Positions 11,824 to 24,955 of a stretch of DNA of 64,000 bases are shown here, in pieces. Source of the DNA: Protoeuglena noctilucae (lineage: Eukaryota); the NCBI GenBank assembly GCA_958009085.1, contig OY253684.1, positions 434,001 to 498,000 on the forward strand. The letters are read 5' to 3'. The position numbers and the translations under genes are program-made. How positions within the stretch are numbered: position 1 is the stretch's first letter; the number at the start of each line of letters is the position of its first letter. The notes beneath the pieces were generated by a model. That model searched no databases. It was not told the DNA's origin and saw only the letters and a list, made by a program, of their open reading frames with translations.

Positions 11824-14205
11824 ATGATGACGTGGCTAACTATACGCGAGCATCGTGCTCGCAGGCCCGACGTCACGACCTGGGTCGTGGGGGACGCCCA
11901 AGACTTCTGCCAAGCCAGGTGCTCCTGCCGCCGTTTCTGCGATGTTTCATCACCAGCGGCACAAACACACATTCGTCGGAACTACGTCACCCGCAGGGAT
12001 GCGGAGGACGTCCCCTCGGCCGATGACGGGCTCGCCCGGGACGCCAGCGATGACCACGGCTCGGCCGGGAACCCGCCTGAGCTGGACGCGGAGATCGGCA
12101 ACTTCTTCAAGGAGCTCCATGACCAGGGGCTGTTGGAGGAGGGCGGGGGTATGGAGGCCGAACAGTCGGGTCTTGGGCATCACGCCGGCGCAGGCCCCGC
12201 GGCACGGGACGGCTCAGGTGCAGAGCACCGCCGGTCAGCCCGCGGGGCGGGTCCCCCCGAGCCTTCGAGCAGCGCGAGTGACACCACCGCGGACAGCACG
12301 GGGACGAGCAGCGAGTGGGGGAGCGACTCATCTGCGGGCGAGCAGCGGGTGCTGGGGCCCCTGGAGGTGAGGAGGCCTGCGCGATCAGTAGTGGTGGTTG
12401 GTTAGGACAATCAACTGCGACACGTGGGCGGCGGGCAAGGGCGAGCAATTGCGGCACCTGCGCGCGTGACGCGAGGCACTACATTGTGCGCAGGGTGCCC
12501 CGGACTGGCAAGAAATCCTGGACACGTCGACGATGGAGGTGTACTTCTGGAACAGAGCGACGAACGACGTCCGGTGGCAGCCACCCCCGGGCGGCAGGCC
12601 GCGGAGGGCGCAGCCGCCAGCAGGGCGCGCGAGGTGCATACCGCAGCAGCCACCATCTCAGTTAAGAGACGCGAGGGTGGCGACGGCACCCAGGCCACAG
12701 CCTCACCTTCTCGTCCTCGCAGTGATGAGACGGGAGCGACGTCGCGCGGGGCAGAGTCCCCAGCAGATGTCATGGAGGGCGACAGGCGTGCTGCAGAGCC
12801 GCCAGAGGGCACCCAGGGGGGCGCATCAAGCGAGGGTGCAGGGCTGAGCGTAGGTGAGGGACTCGCGGCACTGTGGAGCTGCACAGGGCAGGCGCTGGCG
12901 ACTTGCTGTCACGACCTGCTGTATGGCTCGCTTTGCGCGCAGCGGACGCCGTGGCACAGGCCAACAAACTCCTGGAGGCGCTGTCAGCGGGCGTGCCTGG
13001 CAAGATCCTTGCCGCCCTCCCGGAGCTCGTGCGCCTCTTGGTGGCCGTGGAGCAGCAGGCAGGGAGGCTATGCGATGGCCTGTTAACGCTGCTACCTGCA
13101 GGTGCCATGTGTCCGGCACGTCTCATCCGCGCCGCATGGCCTTCGCCCGCAGGTCCTGCTCCTGTCGCAGGCCGCGGCGCTCCCGGAGTCCTCGCAACTG
13201 CCCTTCCTGTCAGCCGTGGCAGCGGGAATGGAGGCCACGCGAGAGAGGCTCGCGCCCGCATCGCAGGCGTTCGAGCGCGAGACCGCGGCCATGATCAACC
13301 AGGTGCTATCTCTCGCGGGCGCCCCCGGCGACGCGACAGGACAGCCGCAGGACGCGCCGGGGGTGGCAGGGACGGGACGAGTCCGCGAGGTGGACGTCGA
13401 AGGGGTGGCAGGGGTGGAGGGGTTCGCGGGGCCAATGACGCAGAGCGGTCCTCAGTCAGACAGAGCCACGAGCGAGTCGGCTGATCGAGGCACGGGGGTC
13501 GCACATAAGGAGGAGGCGGGGGTCGCGCCGTGCGCAGAGGGGGCGCCAGATGGGGAGATGGCTGACGATGCGTTGGCACACGCTCCCTCGCCGAGCGCCG
13601 CGGAGGGGAGTCGGGCCGGGAGCGCGCGGCCCGGCTCCATCACCGCCCGGCCTGTCTACTTCGACGCCAAGCCAGAGGGAGAGCCAGCGACCGAGTCAGC
13701 GCCTGTGCCGGCCAGCAGGAAGGAGGGCCGGGACCACAAGGTGCGTGGATGGCTGCGACGTGCGTCGTGCCCTGCGGGTGCTTGGATGGCCAGCGTTGTT
13801 CATGCGTCGACCTGGGCTGCTCGGTGCATGCGCAGGAGGCACAGCCGCTCTACAGGAGGGCCAAGAAGCCCATGGCTGGCAAGGCAGCCGCGCTCATCCA
13901 GAAATGGAGGGCCGTGTCGACCTCGGGCTCCCCGGACGAGTGAGGCAATGGCAGACGTGGACCGGGGCAGCCTGAGTGCCACTCAGGCTGAGGTTTCGCG
14001 TTGCCCTACTGACCTGGTCGGACTCCCGGCGCTTTCTAGCGGTAGGACAACCTCCTCATTCCACCAGAGCTTTGCCACCCGCGTTCGTTGCGCTCCAGCC
14101 AGCCGAGCGAAGGGCAGAGGATTGAAGGTTGGAATTGGCGCGTCTGAGGCACAGGAAGGGCCAGACAGGTCGCGGTGTTCAATTGACGAGGAGGCAAACA
14201 TGCAG
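11824..14205 (+). CDS. WW-domain protein, FNBP4-like; boundaries approximate
   Basis: The exon from about 12494 encodes GAPDWQEILDTSTMEVYFWNRATNDVRWQPP (WW domain). An upstream ELDAEIGNFFKEL segment and a C-terminal KKPMAGKAAALIQKWR segment resemble FNBP4-type proteins (from memory). Confidence 0.55.
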
Positions 14206-14449
14206 GTCGCCACGCAAGTGCGCAGGGGCGCGACGAGGTGCGAATTCCGCCAGCCAGGACGGGGCGGCGGGGCGCGCAGGCCCAGGCGCCTCCGAGCAGA
14301 CGTGTTTTCCGTAGATACGGGCCCTGGGCGACAATGCGCCGTCGGAAGCCCGCGGGCATTTCCTCGGCGGCAGCCCGGGCCTCGCGCGCGACGGCGCGCC
14401 TTCCAGACGGGCTGCCGTGCAGCGATTCGTGCAAGGTTGTTTTTGATGA

Positions 14450-15369
14450 ATGCGGGCAGCGCCCTCGGGGCCCCGTTGCCGTGCCTCATCGGCCGACGTG
14501 GCTCCTCCCTCCCACAGAGCCGCGACTAGCGCCGCGAAGGAGGCGCAGAAGCGGGGCGTCCGGTCGCCTATCGATCTCGTGAACTACGTGGGCGCGGCCT
14601 TTGCCCGAGCCATTAGCGAGGCGCACGCGAGGGCGCGGAACCTTCCCGGGTGCGGAGAACCTGCCGCCCGCCGCACGCTCCTGAGCATCCGCGCGTGCTG
14701 AGCCGCCCGCAAGCTCGTTCTTATCGTGTCGTGACCGTCCCGCGCCCCTTGCAGCGACGCCATTCGCGTGGGAGGCGCGGGGCAGCTCCTCGTACATGGC
14801 GCTGTCACGGAGGCGCCCGCTATGCAGGCGGGCCTCAAGGGCGGCGCCCGCATCGCTCACAAGGCCGCTCGCACTGTGAGTGCCGTCGATCGCAAGCGCG
14901 GCACCCCCTACGAGCTCCAACTCCTCGCGCACCAGCGCCCGTCAGCACCACGCACTGTCCAGGCTGTGCGCGCCAGCACCGCCCCGCAGGTCAGCTCTTC
15001 AGCGCCCCCGCTTGCGCTCGGACACGTCCTTATCCAGTGCCCGACACTGCTCTGTCCCCGCGGCCGCAGGCGAGGGCACTCCGAGGCACCCCCTGCTTCG
15101 GTGCCGTGGCCACGAGGGCCCCTGCCCAGGCCGCGCCCTCGGGCCTCGGCGTCTTCGTCCGCAAGTCCCCGGCCGGCCGAGCCATCGCGACCCTCCGCGC
15201 GCGCCACTGGGACCTGTCCAAGATCTCCCGAAGCGCCGCGGCACGTGTCGAGCGCCTGCGGGGCGGAGCAGCTCAGCTCGCGCGCCTGACGCGCGACGCC
15301 GCCCCGACGCGCCTCCACGTCGGAGCCACGCCGTCCCACATCACGCGCCGCGGGTTTTTTCTCGCATAG
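14450..15369 (+). CDS. Hypothetical spliced protein
   Basis: AG/GT- or GC-bounded open segments end at a TAG near 15369. No recognisable domain. Confidence 0.25.
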
Positions 15370-16066
15370 GCTCGCGATGATGGGCCCGATGCTCGTGGCT
15401 GGCGTCGACGCCATCCGTGCTGCCGCCGCCGCCGTCCGCAGCGTGCGCGCGGGTCCCATCTCGCTCGGCCCATCCATCCTGCAGAGTTAGCGCGTTTCCT
15501 TGACTTTTGATAGATCTCAACGGGCGGCGGCTGGTGCGGCCCCACTCCTCCGGGGCCTTTTTGCTTGCGTGGGAATGCGGAGCAAGTGGGCCTTTTCCCT
15601 TTCCGTGGCCCCGCCCCCACCACCCTGGCCGGCCTCGCCGTGCACTCCCGTTCCGCTGTCGTTTCCCCGCAGCTTGCCCTGGTCCCTAGCCTGTCACAGG
15701 CTGCCGTGGGTGCATGATGCGGCGCCAGGCGCGGCGCCCTTCTCTAGCCGGCGAGATTCCCGAGCTCTCATTGGGGTCTGGGTTCAAATTCAATCGCCGC
15801 GAGACGCAAGCCGCCTCGCACTGAGGCGGCACCGTGCGACACCAGGCGCGGGGTGTCCGGGGTCGAGATCTATCAAACAAACTAGGCAAAAAAGGGGATG
15901 CTCGCAGCGAGAATGGCCGAGAGATGCCGCCTCAGGGTCTCTCGCGATGCTCCCCACTCTGCGCCGGGCTGGGTGCATGCACCACCCGCCCCTCCTCACG
16001 CACAAGCAAGGCCCGGGGGCTGCAACTGGCCCTGGGACCGCCCGTGCGATTTGTGTACACCCCCGC

Positions 16067-17993
16067 TCAGTAGACCATGGAGGCCTCATCCCCCGTCATC
16101 TCCACCGACCCCATCTCGACGGGCTTCATGAAGAAGCACGCGAGCAGCTCCCCAGCGATGCCGGCCACCAGCGGCAGCCGCTCGAAGATCGACGCGTTGG
16201 ACCCCATGTTGGACAGCTTGGTGTTCATCTCCACGCACTGCGGGCAACCAACCCACGGCCGCGTCAGTCCGCCATTCCGCACCGCCCCAGAAAGCCAGGA
16301 ACCCACACACAGGAACCCCCACACACACACGTGCTGGCGAATGTACATGCCACGTGTGTCGAAGCCGTGGCAGGGCAGGGCAAGTGGGACGCGGGCTGTT
16401 CTGGCGTCAGAAACGTGAAAGAAACGCACCCGGTCCAGGCGCTCGAAGAACTCCGGGGACTCGACGTCGCAGACGGCCGGGAAGATGCGGGCCGTGGTGC
16501 GGTTGGTCTCGATGATGACGTGCTGGTTGAAGGCCTTGGTGTCCAGGCCGATCGACTCGTAGAAGCTCGAGCGCTGGTGGTCGTTGAGGTACATGGTGGC
16601 GTAGACGGACAGGCAGAAGAAGCGGCACCACAGCTTTGCCACCCAATCGTTCAGCAGCTCCGGGCGGGCCTTCAGCACGGCCGCCAGGAAATCTGCGAGT
16701 GGCGGAGAGGTGGGAGGCACATACAGCGAGGGTCGGGACACGCGGGCAGGTGGTTGGCGGGGCCACGCAGTTGGGCTGTCGAGATGGATTGGTGGATGAT
16801 GGCTGCCCCAGCCCGACTGCAGGTGGCTCTCACCCCCGTGCCGGGACTCGTCCTGGCACCAGTTCTCGAAGTACTCGAAGAGCGGGTAGAGCAGGTTGTC
16901 GGGGTTGCGCTGCAGGTGGCGGTAGATGCTGATGTAGCGCCAGTAGCCGATCTTCTCGCTGCGGGAGGAGAGGGCGACGGGGGCCGGTGAGCCGCGGCGA
17001 TGGGAACGCGGGAGCCGACGCATTTCTATAACCGTCGCGTTCTGGAAGCCGCGCGCTCGCCTGAGGTAGGTGGCGTAGATGATAAACTTGGGCTTGAAGA
17101 AGGTGTAGGAGCGGTTCTTGGTGAGGAAGCCCAGGTCGAGCGCGAGGTTGAAGTCGGACAGGGCCTTGTTGATGAAGCCGGCGTGGCGCGCCTCGTCGCG
17201 GGAGAGCAGCGTGAAGATCTCGGCCACGACAGGGTTCACGTCCTTGAGGCGACGCCCGAGCTCCTTGTACAGGAGGAAGCCGGAGAACTCGGCGGTGCAC
17301 GAGCGCTCGAGGAACTCGACGAAGATCTTGCGGGTGGGGCCCTGGATCTTATCGGCCGCCTCCTTAAAGGCCTTGTTGCGCACGAAGTGCGTCTGGTTGT
17401 AGTCGTTCCGGAACTCCTCGAGCATGGCCTGGGGGCGCGGGGGGACGCGATCGCTGCAACCGAGCGCCCTCCATCGCTGGGCGGCACGGCGCCCCCGCAC
17501 GACCGCCCCCCGGGTCTCCCGGGACGCCCCTGCCCAGCCCCTTCCCGAGACCCCGCCCGCGCCCGCCGGGCCCCCGGCCGGGCCCCGCGCCCGCCGACGC
17601 GTCGCGAACGACTCGCCTCGAGCTCATCCATCCGCAGGTTGGGGTTCTTCTCCAGCGAGAACAGCGTCTCCATCTCGTCGAAATCCGTCGTGTAGAAGCG
17701 GGGCGTGAGGATGGACTCCGCCGCGGCGACCTTGACGCCATCGCGCATCAGCTCGAAACCCTCCTCCGAAACGAGCGTCTTGGCCTGCGCCCGCGCCACC
17801 ACGGCCCTCCTGCGCGAGATATGGGACCGATATCGCCTCGGCCCCCGCCCAGCCCCGCCCGGCGATGGGGGCGTCCGCGACGCCGAGAGCAGGAACGCTC
17901 GATCTGCAGCGCGGAGGTTGCGGCTCACCGGCTCACGGTCTGGGGAGTCCCCCGCACCGCAAGGGTGCTGGGCACCAGGCGCGCGGACAGCAT
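16067..17993 (-). CDS. CRD1: Mg-protoporphyrin IX monomethyl ester oxidative cyclase (CRD1/CTH1/CHL27, AcsF family), plastid-targeted
   Basis: [103 protein letters not shown]. The N-terminus [14 protein letters not shown] resembles a transit peptide. Confidence 0.96.
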
Positions 17994-18744
17994 GTTCGGC
18001 GGCGCACGGGAAGGAGGAGTGAAGAATGGCTTTTGTCGGGCACGTCGGGGCCCCGCAGCCCCGCTTCTGCCCAGCTGACGTCTCTGGCGCCCGAGTGTCG
18101 GGGACGGCGGGCCTCATCCAAGCCGGAGTGCGGCTCCCCGCGTCGATTAGATCGCGCCGTGCCTCCCCTGACGCCCGGAACCGCCGAGTCGATCCGGAGG
18201 CGCTGACAGCCGGGAGCCCAGCCCGTGCCGTCGTCCTCACCCCGCCCAGCGCTCGGCAGCGGCCAGAAACGAGCGCGGAGAGCGCGTGCAGATTGGGATC
18301 TCCCGCCAGCGGTGCGCCCCTCGCTGCACGTCGGAGGGTCGGGACGAGGATGAGCGCGCCGTGCCGCACCGCGGTGCGCCCGGGCCACCAGCTCCGCGCG
18401 GTGTCATGTGCGAGGAGGGCGGAGGCGCCGCGTCGCCCCTGCCCGCGGATGGCCGCGGTGGCTGCGCCTGGTCGCGGCGTCGGGACTCCCTTCACGTCCG
18501 ATGAGGAGCACCTCGTGGTGAGTCGCGGTGTCGGTTACGGGGACTCAGCTGGGCGGATGGGAGGTGGGGGAGGCGAGGCGGGGCGTCGGAAATCCGACCT
18601 TCCCGACCACGGTTCTCTAACAACCACCGCGGGGGCAGATTCTGGGCGCGCGGGGGATTTCGCAGGTTCGGGCGAGCATGCTCGGATCCGCGGTATGGCC
18701 GGAAGGCTCCCTCGACGCGCCCGCGCGGCGCGCTCGCCCCCGGC

Positions 18745-21067
18745 ATGGGTGGCGTGCCTCAGTCGCGTTTCCCGCGCCGGATCCCGCGTTGCGGCCCCGT
18801 CGATCGAACGGGAGCCATCTGTTGTTCTTTGTTAGCGACATTCGCGTGCGTCCCGCTCGCGGCGTCGTCCCGGCGCTCGGAGCTGGCATCGCCCCTCGCT
18901 GCCCCGCAGAACTGGTCCCCCAGCTCGTGGAAGACCTACAAGGCCCTCCAGCAGCCCGAGTACCCCGACAAGGAGGCAGTGAAGCGCGCCTGCGAGGAGG
19001 TGAGCCTCCGGGGGCTCCACGGGCGGCCATGTTCAGACGGCCTGGACCCTTGCGACCTTCTCCGCCCCGCGCCGCGCCGCAGATCGCTTCCATGCCCCCC
19101 CTCGTCTTCGCGGGTGAATGTCGCATCCTCCAGGACCACGTGGCGGCCGCCGCGCGCGGCGAGGGCTTCCTGCTCTTCGGTGGCGACTGCGCCGAGGCAT
19201 TCTCTCAGTTCTCCGCCAACCACATCCGCGACCTGTACCGCGTCATCCTCCAGGCGCGTGGCGATGGCCTCGCTGCAACGCCGCGCGTCTGCCTGTGCAA
19301 CAAGGGCCGCGCCAGCAAGGGCTACGGTGGACTTTGCCGACCACGTGCAGTCCATGACGCAGGCTGACCACCTTGTCCCTGCCCCTGCCCTCGTCCGCAG
19401 ATGGCGGTGGTGCTCATGTTCGGCGGCGGCATCCCCGTGACCAAGATCGGCCGCATCGCCGGGCAGTTCGCCAAGCCCCGCTCGGCGGACCTCGAGACCA
19501 TCGACGGCGTGTCGCTCCCCTCGTACCGTGGCGACATCATCAACGGCCCCGAGTTCACCGAGGAGGCGCGCATCCCCGACCCCTTCCGCCTCGTCCGCGC
19601 CTACCACCAGTCCGCCGCCACCCTCAACCTGCTCCGCGGCTTCTCCTCGGGCGGCTACGGTGGCCTCGACCGGGTGGGGTCGTGGAACCTGGACTTCATG
19701 GCAAACTCGGAGCGTGGCGCCGACTACCTCGCCCTCGCCGCGCGCGTCGAGGAGGCCCTGCAGTTCCTCCAGGCCGTGGGCATCAACACGGGCAGCCAGT
19801 TCATGAAGGAGACGGAGTTCTACACGGCACACGAGTGCCTCCTGCTCGACTACGAGGTGAGGGTGGGGGTGGGATGCGAGAATGGAGCATTGGGTGGCTC
19901 AAGGGTGCTGCTAAGTTACAGTCAGATAACAGCATCGAGTCGTGCGCATGCCGTCGCTCGCGCATCGGGTGCCGCCGTGTTCTTCAGTGCTGCTGGGTGC
20001 CACTGAACCCGCCTCGTCCTCTCTCCTGCAGTCGGCGCTGACACGCGAGGACTCCACGACGGGCCTCTACTACAACTGCTCGGCGCACTTTGTGTGGTGC
20101 GGCGAGCGCACGCGGCAGCTGGACGGTGCCCACATCGAGTTCCTCCGCGGCGTGGCCAACCCCATCGGCGTCAAGGTCTCTGACAAGATGCCGCCTCAGG
20201 TGACAAACACGAGGGTCTGGATGCCATGCCATAGACGCGCCGCGCGGGGTGACCAGCTGCTCACCCAAGCAAGCTGGGGCTGTGGAACCTGAGGCACTGG
20301 CCGTCGCACCTGACCCAGCGCGGCAGTATGCTAATACATGTAATACACCCGCCCCGTTCGTCGCTTGCAGGACCTGGTGTCCCTCCTCCAGACGGTGAAC
20401 CCGAACAACGTGCCCGGGCGCGTGGCGGTCATCACGCGCATGGGCGAGAAGGGCATGCGCCGGTGCCTCCCCGGTCTCATCCAGGCCGTGCAGGAGGCCG
20501 GGCAGATCGTGACGTGGGTCACGGACCCCATGCACGGCAATACCGAGTCGTGCGGCCGCTTCAAGACGCGCCAGTACGAGAATATCCGCGCTGAGATCGA
20601 GGCCTTCTTCGACGTCCACGAGGAGATGGGCACCGTCCCCGGCGGCATCCACCTCGAGATGACGGGGGAGAACGTGACCGAGTGCATCGGCGGAGGCGCC
20701 CAGGTGAGGGGGCATGGTGGCACGTGGCGGGTGGGACTGGGCCATTCTTTGGAGACTAGTGTGGCGCATGGCTGGTGGGACCGGACCGTCTCATTGGGAC
20801 CAGTGTGGCTTGGGGCTGGTGGCACTGGGCTGGCGTGACGTGACGGCAAGGCACCCATCGGCCGTTGGCATGTCTTCCCCCCAGGTGACGGAGGAGGACC
20901 TGGCGTCCCGTTACCACACCCACTGCGACCCGCGCCTCAACGTGGAGCAGTCGCTGGAGCTGGCTTTCTACGTGGCGTCCCGCCTGCGCAAGATCAAGCG
21001 CACGCGCGCCGAGCAGGCCAAGCAGCTCGACGTGACCAAGCGCTACGGCGGCGCCAAGGCCCGCTAG
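18745..21067 (+). CDS. Class II DAHP synthase (phospho-2-dehydro-3-deoxyheptonate aldolase); start approximate
   Basis: [117 protein letters not shown] across six exons; TAG at 21065-21067. Confidence 0.96.
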
Positions 21068-21228
21068 GCTAATGCCAGGCGACGACTCTCGCGGTCCGTC
21101 GCTTTTTGAGTCCCCCTTGCTTTGCTTGCGTGCGTAGCAGCTCGCGTTGACAGTCCCGCACCTACGCTCACATGCTTGTCCCACTCCGTGCCTCCATGCC
21201 CCCTTTGGCTTACGGCCTGTTGAAGCGC

Positions 21229-22523
21229 TCACGATGGGGGAGTGAGAACCTTGTCGACAACGTAGACCACCTCCTCACAGGCGGCAAATGGGCCGGCGAT
21301 GACGTTGGCGCAAGACGCATCGCCCGCGCACAACGACAGCTGCCCGTTGCTCCCGTCCCTGCATGTCAGGCGACGCCAGTGGTTGCGTGTCGATGCGCGG
21401 CCTCGGGCGTGAGCAGTGGGGCGGTGCTGGGCAGGCCTTGTTGCATGGTATCAGCACACGACTTCCACAATGCTTGCTATGGATCGAGACATGCCGAGGG
21501 TTACCTGACAGAGAGGGAGACAGGCTGGCCGCCCTTGTGCTGGAGGGAGGTGTCGAGGGACTGGCCGCTCGTCAGGCGCGTGACGGCCGTGGGGACCGTG
21601 TGGAGGGCCACCAAGACCTGCAATGCGAAAGGCACGGCTGACATCACGAATGCATGGTGCTAGCGATACTGCTCGTAGGTGCAAGCATCCTCGCTCACCT
21701 TGAGCGAGTCCGTTGGCAGGGAGCCGGCTGCGATGTGGTCGGCACTGAGGAAGTCGGTCCATGCGTTGTCAGTCCAGGCGAACAGGGTGGCCTGGATGCC
21801 TTGGTTGTTCAGCTCGTCGATCATCCCGATCTTGCTCAGTGCGTCCTCAAATTTCTGCACTTGCCCCACCTGCAGGAGCGGCAGGTACGCACACGTGACG
21901 CAAGCAGGATAGTTTCCGTCTCCACCTGCACAGCTGCCAAATAGCTCTGCCATCGATTAAGCATATCAAAGGCAGGTCCCAGTGCCCGGATGTCACCCCG
22001 TTGCCGAAGGATTCCCAGACGACGGCGTCGTGAAGAGTGGTGCAGCTGCCCGACGACGGCGTGGGCGAGGACGGGCACGTCCCGCACGTACACTGACAGA
22101 AGCCCTTCATCCAATCCTCTCCGCACTTGCCCATGTCCTGCGGAGGGCAGCATGGGACGGGGCAGGCGACCGTGCATGCGTGGGAGGCAACAACGAAGAG
22201 CTCTCGGCGGGCGCATCGGCGAGCGGGGCTGACCCACCTTCTGCTGCTGGCAGGAGAACGCCTTGCTTGGAGGGTTGTCTGAGCACGCGCATGCCTGCAG
22301 ATGGCGGGCCGGGGCTCGCAATGCAGGTTCAAACGGAAAGGCCGAGTTCGTCCCATTCTGCCAGTCTTGCAGCACTTACAATGCGTTTCCATGTTTTGTA
22401 GAACTAATATATCGTAGCGAACACGACATGCGGCCGCGAGAGCCTCACCTGGCTTGCAGCGACCGCTGAACACGCGGCGATGGCCACCACGACGAGGATA
22501 GCGCTCATGCTCATGTGCCTCAT
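21229..22523 (-). CDS. Secreted protein: signal peptide, Cys-rich ShK-like module and fasciclin (FAS1) domain
   Basis: Signal peptide MRHMSMSAILVVVAIAACSAVAAS; module CSDNPPSKAFSCQQQKDMGKCGEDWMKGFCQCTCGTC; FAS1 H1 (ATLFAWTDNAW) and H2 (VVYVVDKVLTP). Six GT-AG exons. Confidence 0.78.
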
Positions 22524-22723
22524 GATGTTTGAGAGCCGAATGAAGGAGCAGGTGCGTTGATGTGCAACAATCGACGCTCAGAGGCGTCTCTCGCGGCCAG
22601 CTGCACTGGTGGCACCGGGATGCAGGGTCCGTGCTGTTTCAACTGCGCTCAGGCTCTCAACACTGTGAGCAGCAAGGCGAATGGGTGAGCTGCGGGCGCG
22701 CACTGCCGGCACAGCCTGACGCG

Positions 22724-24698
22724 TCACGCGTAAGAGGGCGACCGCAGCGGCGAGTTCGCGGCGGACAAAAAGAGGACGGATCCCGCGAGGCGGCCGGCGG
22801 AGATGACGCGCATCCCGAGCCAGATGCTGGCCAGCGACGGTGCCTGCTGGCACAGGACCCCCATCGAGGCCGTGGCTGCCAGCGACGCAAGGATGGTTGC
22901 CCCTGCGACCTCCCGGTGCCGCCCGGCTGCGAAGAGCACGCCCTCGAGTACCACTACGACGCCGTCGACCAGCAGGCCCCACGCGAGGGGGGTCCAGGCC
23001 TGCAGCGTCGCGGCCGCCACGGCCGCGTCCGCAGTAAAGATGCTCACGATGTGTTCCCGGGCTCCGAACAGCAGCGCCACCTGCGGCAACCAGCGTAGCG
23101 ATCGTGCGCTGCCCGTGGCGCACAGCCCCAGTCGCCGAGCGCAACCGCAAACAGCCGCGCCATCCCTCACACCTGAAGGGCCGAGAAGGCCACGTTGAGC
23201 TCAATCAGACGCCTCGTCATGGCCTGCGCCTCGCCGACGCGCTTCTCCGCGAGCAGTCCGGCCATTAAGCTCTGCGCCGCGATGCTCATGCCGTAGTACA
23301 TGATGGTGAGGAAGAAGGCGAGCTGCCGCACAATCTCGTGGCCCGCCAAAGCAGCACGCCCCAGGCTCTGGGCCAGCTGGGAGCCTAAAATGATGGCCGA
23401 ATAGGAAATGAGAGTCCGCGAGCTGCATCGAAACAAGGAAAGCGTTCTCGCGGCCTGCACTTGCACGCATGCGTGAGCCATGCAAGCACGACACCAGCAG
23501 GGCCCCTCACCTCATCGAAGCCGCCGTAGACAGAAGCGGGGCGACTTGCGCCATGGTGGGGACGCGGAAGACGCTCTCCCACTTCAGGATGCCCCTCTGG
23601 TGCAGCAGATGCGCCATGATGCAGCACGAAAGGGCCTGGGCCATGGACGTCGCAGCCGCTGCACCCGCCGAGCCCATTTGGCAAACAAGGACGAGGAAGA
23701 GGTCCCCGACGAGGTTGAAGGCGGATGCGATCGCCCCGGCCCTGAGTGGGGTCACCGTGTCCTTCAGGCCACGAAGGGCGCCTGACATGCCGTACTGCAC
23801 CAAGAGAAAGGGCAGGCCGGGGGCCCGGAAGCGCAGGTACGCGAGGGTGTTGGCGTAGACGGCGGGGTCGGCCGTCATGGACTTGGCGATGAACGGGGCC
23901 ACCGCCAGGACAGTGGCCGACCCGACCACGCCGAGGACGGCACCAAGCGCCAAGGAGGGACCGATGGCTCTGCCGACCCGGGCCACGTCCCGGCTCTCGG
24001 CGTAGGCCTGGGCGGCGATGGGCACGGTCCCGACCGAGAGGAAGACGCAGAGAGAGCCGAGGAAAGAGAATGTCACAGCGCCCAGCCCCGTGCCCGCCAG
24101 GGCGGCGGCCGATGTACGGCCCACCACGGCCGTGTCGATGAGCGCCATGAACGGGTCGAGGAGGAGCGTCACGAGGGCCGGGCCGGCGATGCGGAAGATC
24201 TCGCCGTCGAGCTCCGTGCGCAGCCGCAGCACGGCGCCGGCCCGCACGCTCCTCGCACGGCCCCGCCGGACCTGAAGCGGCGCGGGAGAGGGGAAGGAGA
24301 GGGTTGTGGAACGCAGTTGTAGTGGGGATCGAGTGGCAGGCAGGCGTGGCGAGTCGGCTGCGGCCTGAGCGCGCCATGCGTTGGCTCGGCAGTGTGCCAG
24401 CCAAGGAAACGCGTGCGATTGCACGTAATGGCGAGAAAAGCTTATCCCTGACGCCCTCACCCTCCCTGTTGTCGCGGGCAAAGCGACCGCCGCCGGGGAA
24501 CGGCCCCATGGCGGCGCGGTCGCCTCATGCGTGCGTCTCCTGGCCGCGAGCAAGACGCCGGCTCCCAGCGCCGAGGGAGTTCTCGGGCCCGCGCGAGGGA
24601 CGGCCCGTGGATTCTCGTGAACGCCAGCGTATCCAGAAGCAGCGGATGCGACGTCCGCGGCGCGAGGCCGCGCGGGATGGGGCTGACGACATAAACAT
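22724..24698 (-). CDS. MATE-family efflux transporter (DinF-like, probably plastid); start approximate
   Basis: EIFRIAGPALVTLLLDPFMALIDTAVVGR, GALRGLKDTVTPL, NLVGDLFLV, GSAGAAAATSMAQ, LAGHEIVRQ, LSIAAQSL-like MSIAAQSLMA; multiple hydrophobic helices. Confidence 0.9.
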
Positions 24699-24955
24699 GG
24701 CGGGCCTACGCGCGCGGACGCCATCCGGCTCGCCCGGAGGTGATCGGCTCTACGGCTAGTCACGTCAATACTTCTCTCAACGAGTTCGCACGCGAGAGAG
24801 CCAGAAAGAAGCGGGGCGCTTTCAGAGGATGAGGGTAGAGCTAGCCAGGAGAAGACGTGCACCAAATGCGATTATCGGTACGCGAGGCTTGACAAACTGA
24901 CGGAGACAACGCGATTGCTTGGCTCATGGCCCCGTTGTCGCACGGCGCTGCCAGC

